Part shown: positions 1-8,232 of the stretch, piece by piece | How the letters are laid out: every line of letters starts with the position of its first letter | Position numbering within the stretch: the first letter of the stretch is position 1 | From: Campylobacterales bacterium | Lineage (GTDB): Bacteria > Campylobacterota > Campylobacteria > Campylobacterales > JAOZPA01 | Direction: 5' to 3' | NCBI GenBank assembly: GCA_029932985.1 | Contig: JAOZPA010000002.1 | Coordinates: 1 to 48,194 of the forward strand | Length of the DNA stretch: 48,194 bases | Translations under genes and position numbers: made by a program | Notes under the pieces: generated by a model | Seen by the model: the letters and a program-made list of their open reading frames with translations, nothing else | Told to the model about the DNA's origin: nothing | Databases searched by the model: none

Positions 1-35
1 ATTAAATACCTCAAATTTAAATAGAAAGTGTATAG

Positions 36-431
36 CTAGAAATGAAGGATGCCATCATTTTTTATAGGTTTCAGTTTTAATTCATTTTTCCCTCTAATTC
101 TATTAGTTAAATAGCTTAATATATCTTCTTTTTCCCATTTATTTTGACTTAAATCATAAATAGCTTTTAGAAATAGCATAATCGTAGTAATTCTTTGCTG
201 TCCATCAATGATAATATATTTTGTTAAATCATCTTCATCCTCACCTTTAATATAAACAATTGAACCTAAAAAATGATTATCTCTTTCTCCTTGTATTAAT
301 GCTTCTAAATCCTTGAGAAATTCTGTACATTGTTTTTTTTTCCAATCATAATTTCTTTGATAAACTGGTATTAAAAAAAATGTTTTAGATTCAGACAAAA
401 ATTTTTGAAATTTTATTCCCTCTGCTTTCAA
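36..431 (-). CDS. DUF262-type (GmrSD / ParB-like nuclease N-terminal) domain protein, only 131 aa; truncated or disrupted
   Basis: The translation has the DUF262 hallmarks IPVYQRNYDW and IIDGQQRITT. The ORF ends at TAG (36-38) after 131 aa, whereas such proteins are normally several hundred aa. The same frame stays open for the remaining 11 codons to the window edge. Confidence 0.6.
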   Translation of the reverse strand: MKAEGIKFQKFLSESKTFFLIPVYQRNYDWKKKQCTEFLKDLEALIQGERDNHFLGSIVYIKGEDEDDLTKYIIIDGQQRITTIMLFLKAIYDLSQNKWEKEDILSYLTNRIRGKNELKLKPIKNDGILHF

Positions 432-508
432 TTAAATATCCTTATTTTGATAGTTAGATTTAGAGTGTAGCGAGAAACTACACTTTTTGTTTAGATAAGA
501 TTTTGGAG

Positions 509-1579
509 TTAAACTAAACCTGCTTCTTTGATAAGCTGGGCTTGATAATCTGTGATTAAAGGGTCTATGATTTCATCAAACAAACCACCCTCCATAATTG
601 CATCGAGTCGATACAAAGTTAAATTGATTCTATGGTCGGAGATTCTATTTTGCGGATAGTTATAGGTTCTAATTCGTCCACTTCTATCACCACTTCCCAC
701 TTGGGATTTTCGGTTAGCTCCCTCTTTTTCCATCTGTTCTTGCATCTCTAAATCATAAAGTCTAGCTTTTAAAACTTTCATCGCTTTATCTTTATTTTTG
801 TGTTGCGATTTTTGGTCTTGATTTGTCACTACAATTCCAGTAGGAAGATGGGTAATTCGCACGGCACTATCGGTAGTATTTACACTCTGACCACCACAAC
901 CGCTCGACCTCATTACATCTATTTTTAGGTCATTTTGGTTTATCTCAATCTCAACATCATCCACTTCAGGCATAACAGCCACCGTGATTGCCGAGGTATG
1001 AACTCGTCCTTGAGATTCCGTTGCGGGGACTCTTTGCACTCTATGCACACCACCCTCATATTTCAGACGGCTATAAGCCCCTGCACCTTTGATTAAAACT
1101 ATCATCTCTTTGTAACCATTCATAATGCTTTGATTAGAGGAGATAATCTCCGCTTTCCAGCCTCGAAGTTCAGAATATCGGATATAAGATTTAAACAAAT
1201 CTGCCACAAAAATTGCAGCCTCATCGCCACCAGTTCCTGCCCTCATCTCCACATAGATATTTCTATCATCATTTGGGTCTGTTGGCAGTAACAATAATTT
1301 TATCTGCTCTTCAAGCTCAATCTTCAAAGGCTCAAGCTCTTTAAGCTCCTCTTTTGCCAATTCGCCCAATTCATCATCATCTGATAATAGTTTATTCTCT
1401 TTTATCGACTCACACACATCTATATAATGCAATGCTTTATCTTTTAAAGTCTCTAAACCTGACTGCTCCTTGGAGAGTTCAGTCATTTTTTTTATATCAT
1501 TTGTGATTTGTGGTGAACTCAAAAGAGTATTTAGCTCATTATACCTGTCTAAAAAAGGTTGGAGTTTTGATTGTAACAA
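509..1579 (-). CDS. prfA: peptide chain release factor 1
   Basis: 356 aa. It has the GGQ motif ([24 protein letters not shown]) and the RF1-specific PAT tripeptide ([17 protein letters not shown]). Confidence 0.95.
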   Translation of the reverse strand: MLQSKLQPFLDRYNELNTLLSSPQITNDIKKMTELSKEQSGLETLKDKALHYIDVCESIKENKLLSDDDELGELAKEELKELEPLKIELEEQIKLLLLPTDPNDDRNIYVEMRAGTGGDEAAIFVADLFKSYIRYSELRGWKAEIISSNQSIMNGYKEMIVLIKGAGAYSRLKYEGGVHRVQRVPATESQGRVHTSAITVAVMPEVDDVEIEINQNDLKIDVMRSSGCGGQSVNTTDSAVRITHLPTGIVVTNQDQKSQHKNKDKAMKVLKARLYDLEMQEQMEKEGANRKSQVGSGDRSGRIRTYNYPQNRISDHRINLTLYRLDAIMEGGLFDEIIDPLITDYQAQLIKEAGLV

Positions 1580-1592
1580 TTAAATACTCTTG

Positions 1593-1865
1593 TTATGCAC
1601 TTAGTGAACTAACTAATTTGCTCAATCTGCTCACTTTTCTAGCTACAGTTTTCTTTTTCAAAATGCCTTTTGAAACATATTTATGCAAGTTTTTGTTTGC
1701 AGTTTTGAAATTTACATCAGCTTTTGCTTTATCTCCAGCTTCAACCGCTTCTACTACAGCTTTAGTAATATTCTTGATTCTTGTTCGGTAGAATCTATTT
1801 CTCTCAGTTTGCACCTTAGTTTGCTTAATTCTCTTCATTGTTGACTTATGATTTGCCATTTTCAT
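1593..1865 (-). CDS. rpsT: 30S ribosomal protein S20
   Basis: Small basic protein with the typical S20 N-terminus [22 protein letters not shown]. The real start may be the second Met, at 1859. Confidence 0.9.
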   Translation of the reverse strand: MKMANHKSTMKRIKQTKVQTERNRFYRTRIKNITKAVVEAVEAGDKAKADVNFKTANKNLHKYVSKGILKKKTVARKVSRLSKLVSSLSA

Positions 1866-2178
1866 CCTTTTTTAAAATTGTTTAGTTTTTTATTAAAAAA
1901 AAGATTTTACCTAAAAACTATTTAAACAATGATTAATTTTACACATCTAAAAACTAAAACTTAGGGAAAAAAGTTGATATTCAAGTCCAAAAGACTCTAA
2001 ATATTTGATAAAAAATATCTAGTTTAGAAATAAAAGATGTTTATCTTATCTAAAATTAATTTTTTTAAGGTATAGTTACATATGTTTTTATATATTTTAT
2101 GATAACTATATAAAGCTAATATTATGGCAAAAAATAGAATTTATAGAAAACAAATATCAAGTTAAAAAAGGAGAAAAT

Positions 2179-2886
2179 ATGACGACCATAGCAAATGAAA
2201 AGGCAGATGTAAAAAAAGACTTAAGCAGTGATAGACACTCTTTATTTTCAAAAGAAGTTGGAGAGAGAAAAACAATTCTTAAGGGAAAAAAAAAGTGTTA
2301 TGAAATTATACCTAAGCATAAAGCATATCGATTTTATATAGGTATATTTTTTGAACTCAGAAAAGGATTACATTCAGTCTTTAATGAGTTACAAAATGCC
2401 TCAAAAAATGATACTTTGGAGCTTGTTATTAATTCTCATGGAGGGCTTATATTTGAAGGACAACAATTTCATAACCTCATTCAAAAAAAATTCTACAACC
2501 GAACAACAGCCTATTTAGATAATGTTGGCTATAGTATGGGAGCTTTAGTTTTTTGTATGGCTAAAAAAAGAGTGGTTTATGAATACTCAGACTTTATGTT
2601 TCATAACTATTGGGGCTTTGCTCATGGTAAAGGGGGAGAGTTAAAAGCCCAAATTAAGCACTCTTCTAAAACTCTAGAGCGATTTTTTTATAATATTATC
2701 GTCAAACGTAACTTTCTTACAAAAAAAGAGTTTAAACTGATGCTAGTAGGACAAGATTACTGGATGGATACTCAAGAGCTATGTAGAAGAGGTATTGCAA
2801 CCCATGTAGTTATAGAAAATAAAGAGATAACAGCTAAAGAGTACCTTAAAAAATCAAAACAGAATAAGAACAAAAAGAGTAAATAA
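2179..2886 (+). CDS. ClpP-fold (S14-like) serine protease homologue with a Lys-rich N-terminal extension
   Basis: INSHGGLIFEGQQFHNLI, VGYSMGALVFCMAKKR and SDFMFHN line up with the ClpP INSPGG, Ser and His blocks. AAAAGGAG Shine-Dalgarno precedes the ATG. The gene is solitary, with no ClpX/ClpA nearby. Confidence 0.6.
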   Translation: MTTIANEKADVKKDLSSDRHSLFSKEVGERKTILKGKKKCYEIIPKHKAYRFYIGIFFELRKGLHSVFNELQNASKNDTLELVINSHGGLIFEGQQFHNLIQKKFYNRTTAYLDNVGYSMGALVFCMAKKRVVYEYSDFMFHNYWGFAHGKGGELKAQIKHSSKTLERFFYNIIVKRNFLTKKEFKLMLVGQDYWMDTQELCRRGIATHVVIENKEITAKEYLKKSKQNKNKKSK

Positions 2887-2932
2887 AATATTAATAGAGA
2901 TTAATTGAAATAATTAATCTCTATTAATAAAT

Positions 2933-4249
2933 TTAAAAATTATATTTTAAAGTCGCAAAAACCTTATCATTATTTTTTACACTCTCCCAGCTTGGTTTAT
3001 CTCCTCCGATATAATCAATCACCCCTAGAGTTGTAGAAATTTTATCATTCACCGCATAATCAACCCAACTTCGCACAAATCCGCCATCTTTCAAATCCTC
3101 ACCAAAAGCCGTAGCCAAAATCGTGAAATCCAAAGTTTGATTTATGTAACTTTGAGTAAATCGCACCGCATATTGATATTCATTCTCATTTGTAAAATTA
3201 TCGGTTGCCAAATACAAAGCCTCATCATAATCGATAATATGCCGATTCGCCACCTCAAACGACACACTTCCATCACTAATTCCATTATATTCCAGCCCCA
3301 CCAGCAAATCCACCCGTTTTTTCGCTTCAGCCACAGAGTTATACTCAATATTATCAAAATAAGCCAATTCCGTTTTAAACAAAAAACTATCAATCACTCG
3401 ATTATAAGCGACTCCAAACATATTCGACCTCTCATAATTAAGCACTCCATTTTCCAAATAGGATTTATCCAGATATTGATTTGCATAATAAAAAGCTAAA
3501 TCCTGCCCCGTGAAATTTTTGCTGACACTCACCGCCACTCCAGAATTTTCAAAACTATTATCAGGCTCGTCAATTGGCATATCAGGCATCGCCCTAAACT
3601 CACTTCCCGCTTTTGGATTTTCGGTAAATCTATTTTCGTGCAAAATTATTCCACTCATCGCCCAGCCATTTGCATAAAAATCGACCTTACTCATCATTCG
3701 CCCAAGTCGCAAATCCTTAATATCCACCATTGCAGGAGTTGTATTGTCGATGGGATTTAAAACATCTGTAACTCTAATGTTGTCAGATTTTCCCCAGACT
3801 ACGATTTGGCGACCGACCCTAAAATCGATATTTTTTCCAATTTTTCCCTGCAGATAAAGCTCATTAATATCAAAACCACTCTCATAATTATTTGGGATAG
3901 CGGGATAATCATCCTCTTTTAGGTCATAAATAAAATCATTATAGAGATTTATCACCGATTTTACCTTGTAGTTATCGCCAAATTTTTTCTCAAAATTTAT
4001 ATTAGATGAAAGCTTAGCAGACCCCAAACCTCGAAAATCATTTTGATTTAGTGCTGGTTCATCGTGGGCATAATTGTAACTTGAACTTAGAGAGAGTGAC
4101 CCATAAAAACTAAACCCATCATCACTTTTTTTCTCAACTTTTTCCACTTTTATCTCTTCATCACTAAATTCATCATCAAAATCATCTGCCAAAATATTTA
4201 CATTTAGCAACAATAGGCTAATCAAACTGTAACTCAAAATTTTATTCAT
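2933..4249 (-). CDS. outer-membrane beta-barrel protein (alginate-export / DUF1302-like)
   Basis: Signal peptide MNKILSYSLISLLLLNVNILA, the block VGRQIVVWGKSDNIRVTDVLNP, alternating beta-strand pattern, and a C-terminal ...LKYNF aromatic terminus. Confidence 0.55.
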   Translation of the reverse strand: MNKILSYSLISLLLLNVNILADDFDDEFSDEEIKVEKVEKKSDDGFSFYGSLSLSSSYNYAHDEPALNQNDFRGLGSAKLSSNINFEKKFGDNYKVKSVINLYNDFIYDLKEDDYPAIPNNYESGFDINELYLQGKIGKNIDFRVGRQIVVWGKSDNIRVTDVLNPIDNTTPAMVDIKDLRLGRMMSKVDFYANGWAMSGIILHENRFTENPKAGSEFRAMPDMPIDEPDNSFENSGVAVSVSKNFTGQDLAFYYANQYLDKSYLENGVLNYERSNMFGVAYNRVIDSFLFKTELAYFDNIEYNSVAEAKKRVDLLVGLEYNGISDGSVSFEVANRHIIDYDEALYLATDNFTNENEYQYAVRFTQSYINQTLDFTILATAFGEDLKDGGFVRSWVDYAVNDKISTTLGVIDYIGGDKPSWESVKNNDKVFATLKYNF

Positions 4250-4427
4250 TTTTGACCTCTTATCTGTTTTTTTAATAATTTTACAATACTTTTATTAATT
4301 GATTGTTAATATGTGGAAAGGAGATGAGATGAGAAGGGCAATGAGTGGGTTTAAAATTTTGAATTTCACTACCCATTGCCTTAAATCTGAATCTATATGG
4401 TGCGTTGCCAAATAATAGAGCTATTTT

Positions 4428-4898
4428 TTAATCAGTTTCCATAGCCACAGAACCACCTCTTGTGATAGAGATAGGTTTAAATCTAGTAACTGCTTTTAAG
4501 AAATTTGCCACACGAGAAGCATCATCTGCTACCATAAGTATCAAAAAATCGATACCGCTATTTGCAATGACTCCATTATAAGCTTTTAACATCGCATCAA
4601 GTCCATTTAAATCCACATCCAAAGGTATTTTGACCAAAGCCATCTCTTTTTCGACAAAATCTTTGTTCTCTATCACTTTATAGACGGGGATTAATTTGTG
4701 TAACTGTTTTGTGATTTGCTCTAAAACTCTTTGGTTTCCGCCTGTTACAATTGTGAATCTCGAAAGTTCGCTATTTGGGATTGGAGCAACTGTTAAGGAT
4801 TCGATGTTGTAACCTCGACCTGCGAAAAGTCCTGAAATTCTCGATAATACTCCATCTTCATTCATAACTATTACTGATATTACTTTTCTCATATCCAT
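4428..4898 (-). CDS. ilvH: acetolactate synthase small (regulatory) subunit
   Basis: ACT-domain N-terminus ISVIVMNEDGVLSRISGLFAGRGYNIESLTVAP. Its start overlaps the stop of the large-subunit gene. Confidence 0.9.
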   Translation of the reverse strand: MDMRKVISVIVMNEDGVLSRISGLFAGRGYNIESLTVAPIPNSELSRFTIVTGGNQRVLEQITKQLHKLIPVYKVIENKDFVEKEMALVKIPLDVDLNGLDAMLKAYNGVIANSGIDFLILMVADDASRVANFLKAVTRFKPISITRGGSVAMETD

Positions 4899-6598
4899 TA
4901 TTTATCCTTATTGTAAGAGAGCATCATATTGTAGAGTGAACCACCTGCAGGAACCATCGGAAGCACATTTTCATCTCTATCCACCACAACTTCGATAATC
5001 GCCACTTTTTTACTACTAATCGCATCTATCAGGGCTTTATTAAACTCCGCCTTGGTTGTACATCTAAATCCAACTCCACCAAAACTCTCCGCAACTTTCA
5101 CGAAATCTGGTTGAGCAGAGAGGTCTGTTTCTGCATATCTCTTGTCGTAAAAAAATGTTTGCCACTGTCTTACCATCCCCAAATAGTTATTATTTAGGAC
5201 AATATTTATGACAGGTATATCATATTCGACGGCGGTCATAAGCTCTTGGATATTCATCAAAATTGAGCCATCACCAGAGAAATTTATGCTGATTTTGTCC
5301 TCTTTGGCTTTTTGTACACCAATCGCCGCAGGAAAACCAAAGCCCATAGTCCCCAAACCGCCACTTGTCATAAATTGTCGTGGATTGGTAAATGGATAAA
5401 ATTGGGCTGTCCACATCTGGTGCTGACCTACATCAGTTGTGATATTTGCATCTCCTCCCAAAATTTCACCCGTCCGCTGGATAACCCATTGAGGCTTGAT
5501 AACTATATCGCTATCCTCATAACCCAAAGGATGAACCTCATCATATCGATTAATTCTCTCTCTCCACTCTTGATAACGAGAGGTGTCAATCCCCTTTTCT
5601 TTTATGATTTCTAACATATTTGAGACGATATTATCCACATCTCCCACGATTGGCAAATCAACATCAACCAACTTTCCAATACTTGCAGGGTCTATATCGA
5701 TATGGATAATTTTAGCATTTTTACCAAACTCTTCGAGCTTTCCAGTAACTCTATCATCAAATCTAGCTCCAATTCCAATAATCAAATCGGTCTCACTCAT
5801 CGCCATATTTGCAGAGTATGAGCCGTGCATTCCTAACATCCCAAAAAGATTTTTATCATCTGCTCGTAGTGTACCTCTTGCCATCAAAGTTTCAACCGAA
5901 GGAATTTGACAAGTTGCGACAATCTCTCGTACTGCATTTGTAGCATTTGAGCCAATCACACCACCACCAAGATAAAAAACTGGCTTTTTTGCCTCTTTGA
6001 TAAGCTCCACCGCCCTTTTAATCTGTCGCTTACTACCTTTATATACAGGTTTGTAGGTTTTTAAACTAATCTGTGTTGGATAGTTAAAAGTTCCTTTTTG
6101 AGCAGAAATATCCTTTGGTAAATCTATAAGCACTGGGCCAGGTCTGCCAGTCCTAGCGATATAAAAAGCCTCTTTTAAAATCCGTGGAAAATCATTAATA
6201 TCTTTGACTAAATAGTTGTGTTTGGTGCAAGAGCGACTGATTCCAACTGCATCAATCTCTTGAAAAGCATCTGTCCCAATCAACGATAAAGGTACTTGAC
6301 CACTAAGAACAACTAACGGAATAGAATCGGTGTAAGCCGTTGCTAAACCAGTGACCGCATTTGTGAACCCCGGACCACTCGTCACAAAAGCCACCCCAAC
6401 CTCACCACTCGCTCGTGCATAACCATCGGCTGCATGAACACTAGCTTGTTCGTGTCTTGTTAAAATATGTTTAAAATAGTTTTGTTTATAAACTTCATCA
6501 TATACATTCATTATTGCCCCACCTGGATAGCCAAAAACTGTTTTGACTCCCTCGTTTTTGAGAGCTTCAACTACCATCTGAGAACCAGTAATCTCCAT
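4898..6598 (-). CDS. ilvI: acetolactate synthase large subunit (ThDP-dependent)
   Basis: 566 aa. N-terminus GSQMVVEALKNEGVKTVFGYPGGAI and ThDP-binding block GGLGTMGFGFPAAIG...GDGS...NN. Confidence 0.93.
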   Translation of the reverse strand: MEITGSQMVVEALKNEGVKTVFGYPGGAIMNVYDEVYKQNYFKHILTRHEQASVHAADGYARASGEVGVAFVTSGPGFTNAVTGLATAYTDSIPLVVLSGQVPLSLIGTDAFQEIDAVGISRSCTKHNYLVKDINDFPRILKEAFYIARTGRPGPVLIDLPKDISAQKGTFNYPTQISLKTYKPVYKGSKRQIKRAVELIKEAKKPVFYLGGGVIGSNATNAVREIVATCQIPSVETLMARGTLRADDKNLFGMLGMHGSYSANMAMSETDLIIGIGARFDDRVTGKLEEFGKNAKIIHIDIDPASIGKLVDVDLPIVGDVDNIVSNMLEIIKEKGIDTSRYQEWRERINRYDEVHPLGYEDSDIVIKPQWVIQRTGEILGGDANITTDVGQHQMWTAQFYPFTNPRQFMTSGGLGTMGFGFPAAIGVQKAKEDKISINFSGDGSILMNIQELMTAVEYDIPVINIVLNNNYLGMVRQWQTFFYDKRYAETDLSAQPDFVKVAESFGGVGFRCTTKAEFNKALIDAISSKKVAIIEVVVDRDENVLPMVPAGGSLYNMMLSYNKDK

Positions 6599-6707
6599 AT
6601 CATCTCCTTTTTATTTTTAGTGTGACATTATACCAAAGTAAAAAGAAATTTGCAATTATTTAAATTTGTGTCAATTTATGATAAAATGGCAAAAAAAAGG
6701 CAAATAG

Positions 6708-8087
6708 ATGAAGACGATTTTTAGGGAATATGATATTAGAGGGATTTTTGAAAAAGAGTTAAATGAAAAGATGACTAAGGCGATTGGGTATTTTTTTGGT
6801 AAAAAAGTTAAGGAGATTGGGGATTATGTGTCGGTGGGTTATGATGCACGGACTCATTCGCCTAAAATTTGTGAGTGGTTGGTGAGTGGATTTAATAAAG
6901 CTGGGCTTAAGGTTTTGAATATGGGGCTTGTGCCTACACCTGTAAATTATTTTGGGAATTTTCGGGAGTTTCAAGGGGTTACACCGTCGGGTTCGATTAT
7001 GATTACGGGGTCTCACAATCCTCCAGAATACAATGGATTTAAGATTACTTTAAATAAAGACCCATTTTTTGGTGAGATGATTTATGCTTTGGGTGATGAG
7101 ATTTTGAAAAATTTAGATTTTAAGATTGAGGATGATATAAACTCAACAAAAATTGATGCAAAAGAGCAATATATAGATTATTTAACAGATGAGTTTAAAG
7201 ATTTGAGGATTGATAAAAAGATAATTTTTGATGCAGGAAATGGAGCAGCTGGGGAGATTGTGAAAAAGTTAGCTTTAAATTTAGGATTAGATTCTGAGTG
7301 TTTATATTGTAATCCCGATGGCACTTTTCCAAACCACCACCCAGACCCAAGTGAGGAGGAGAATTTAGCAGATGTGCAGGAGAAGTTAAAGGGCGATTTT
7401 GAGTTTGGATTTGCTTATGATGGAGATGGTGATAGAATTGCAGTTTTGACCAAAAAGCACAATTTCAAGGGTGATGAGTTGGCAATAATTTTATCAAAGC
7501 AGATGAAAAATCCCGTAGTCATTGGTGAAGTAAAGTGTTCGCAAGTGATGTATGATGAGATAAATGCGCGTGGTACGGCAGTGATGTACAAGACTGGACA
7601 TAGCAATCTCAAGGTGAAAATCAAGGAGTTAAATGCGGATTTGGCAGCGGAGGTGAGTGGGCATATCTTTTTTAATGACCGATATTTTGGATATGATGAT
7701 GCAATCTATTCAACTTTTCGAGTTTTAGAGTTAATCCATAATGGAGTTAATTTGGATAAAGAGGTGGAATCTTTGCCAAAAACTTATAACACTCCCGAGG
7801 TCAAAGTTTATACGACTGAACAGGAAAAATTTCCGCTGATGGATAAAATTACTGAGTTGATAAATGAGGTAGATGAAAACTTTCCAAAAATCAAAGAGAT
7901 AATTACTGTCGATGGAATTCGAGTAATTTTTGAAGATGGTTGGGGGCTGGTTCGGGCTTCAAATACAACTCCCGTACTTGTGACACGATTTGAGTCAACA
8001 AATGAGAAAAATGTGGAAATTTACCAAAATGCAATGGTAGGAGTGATTGAAAAAGCTAAAAAAATTCTCTTGACTTCAGGGGCTTAA
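6708..8087 (+). CDS. algC: phosphomannomutase / phosphoglucomutase
   Basis: Active-site loop TGSHNPPEYNGFK and Mg-binding loop FAYDGDGDRIAV. 459 aa. Confidence 0.88.
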   Translation: MKTIFREYDIRGIFEKELNEKMTKAIGYFFGKKVKEIGDYVSVGYDARTHSPKICEWLVSGFNKAGLKVLNMGLVPTPVNYFGNFREFQGVTPSGSIMITGSHNPPEYNGFKITLNKDPFFGEMIYALGDEILKNLDFKIEDDINSTKIDAKEQYIDYLTDEFKDLRIDKKIIFDAGNGAAGEIVKKLALNLGLDSECLYCNPDGTFPNHHPDPSEEENLADVQEKLKGDFEFGFAYDGDGDRIAVLTKKHNFKGDELAIILSKQMKNPVVIGEVKCSQVMYDEINARGTAVMYKTGHSNLKVKIKELNADLAAEVSGHIFFNDRYFGYDDAIYSTFRVLELIHNGVNLDKEVESLPKTYNTPEVKVYTTEQEKFPLMDKITELINEVDENFPKIKEIITVDGIRVIFEDGWGLVRASNTTPVLVTRFESTNEKNVEIYQNAMVGVIEKAKKILLTSGA

Positions 8088-8090
8088 CAA

Positions 8091-8102
8091 CCCCTCACCG
8101 AT
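8091..8102 (+). repeat. CCCCTCACCGAT polar 12-mer, copy 1
   Basis: Exact 12-mer, 3 nt after the algC stop. See the motif finding. Confidence 0.8.
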
Positions 8103-8232
8103 GGTTTTATTTTCTAAGAGACAGAGGGGAAAAGGCAAGAAATAGGTAGCGTTGCCCAATCGTAGTCCAAAACTTTAAACACTTTTAAGGAGTATTAATA
8201 TATAATTTTAGTTAAAAATTTAAAGGCAGAAG

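Noticed and set aside
1510-1791. Many 60-180-aa ORFs in the supplied track lie antisense to, or out of frame within, larger well-supported genes. Examples: 1510-1791, 3137-3499, 3142-3393, 5208-5909 (three ORFs), 6759-7016, 7415-7624, 8260-8769, 9375-9789, 10758-10946, 11208-11438, 11717-11923, 14468-14659, 15091-15635, 16352-16922, 17309-17533, 18438-18770, 19922-20373, 20738-20971, 22121-22690, 23061-23357, 24624-24830, 26244-27151, 27563-27787, 28823-29978, 30595-31041, 31807-32370, 33224-33650, 34652-35652, 36153-36353, 37463-38812, 42262-42872, 45148-45360, 46806-47569.
   Set aside because: Each is fully overlapped by a longer ORF with clear family motifs. Their translations are low-complexity (Ile/Phe/Ser/Leu-rich), as expected from AT-rich antisense frames. 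None has a convincing ribosome-binding site.
2179-2886. The ClpP-like gene as a marker of a prophage (prohead protease).
   Set aside because: There are no portal, capsid, terminase or integrase genes nearby. The neighbours are rpsT and an outer-membrane protein gene.
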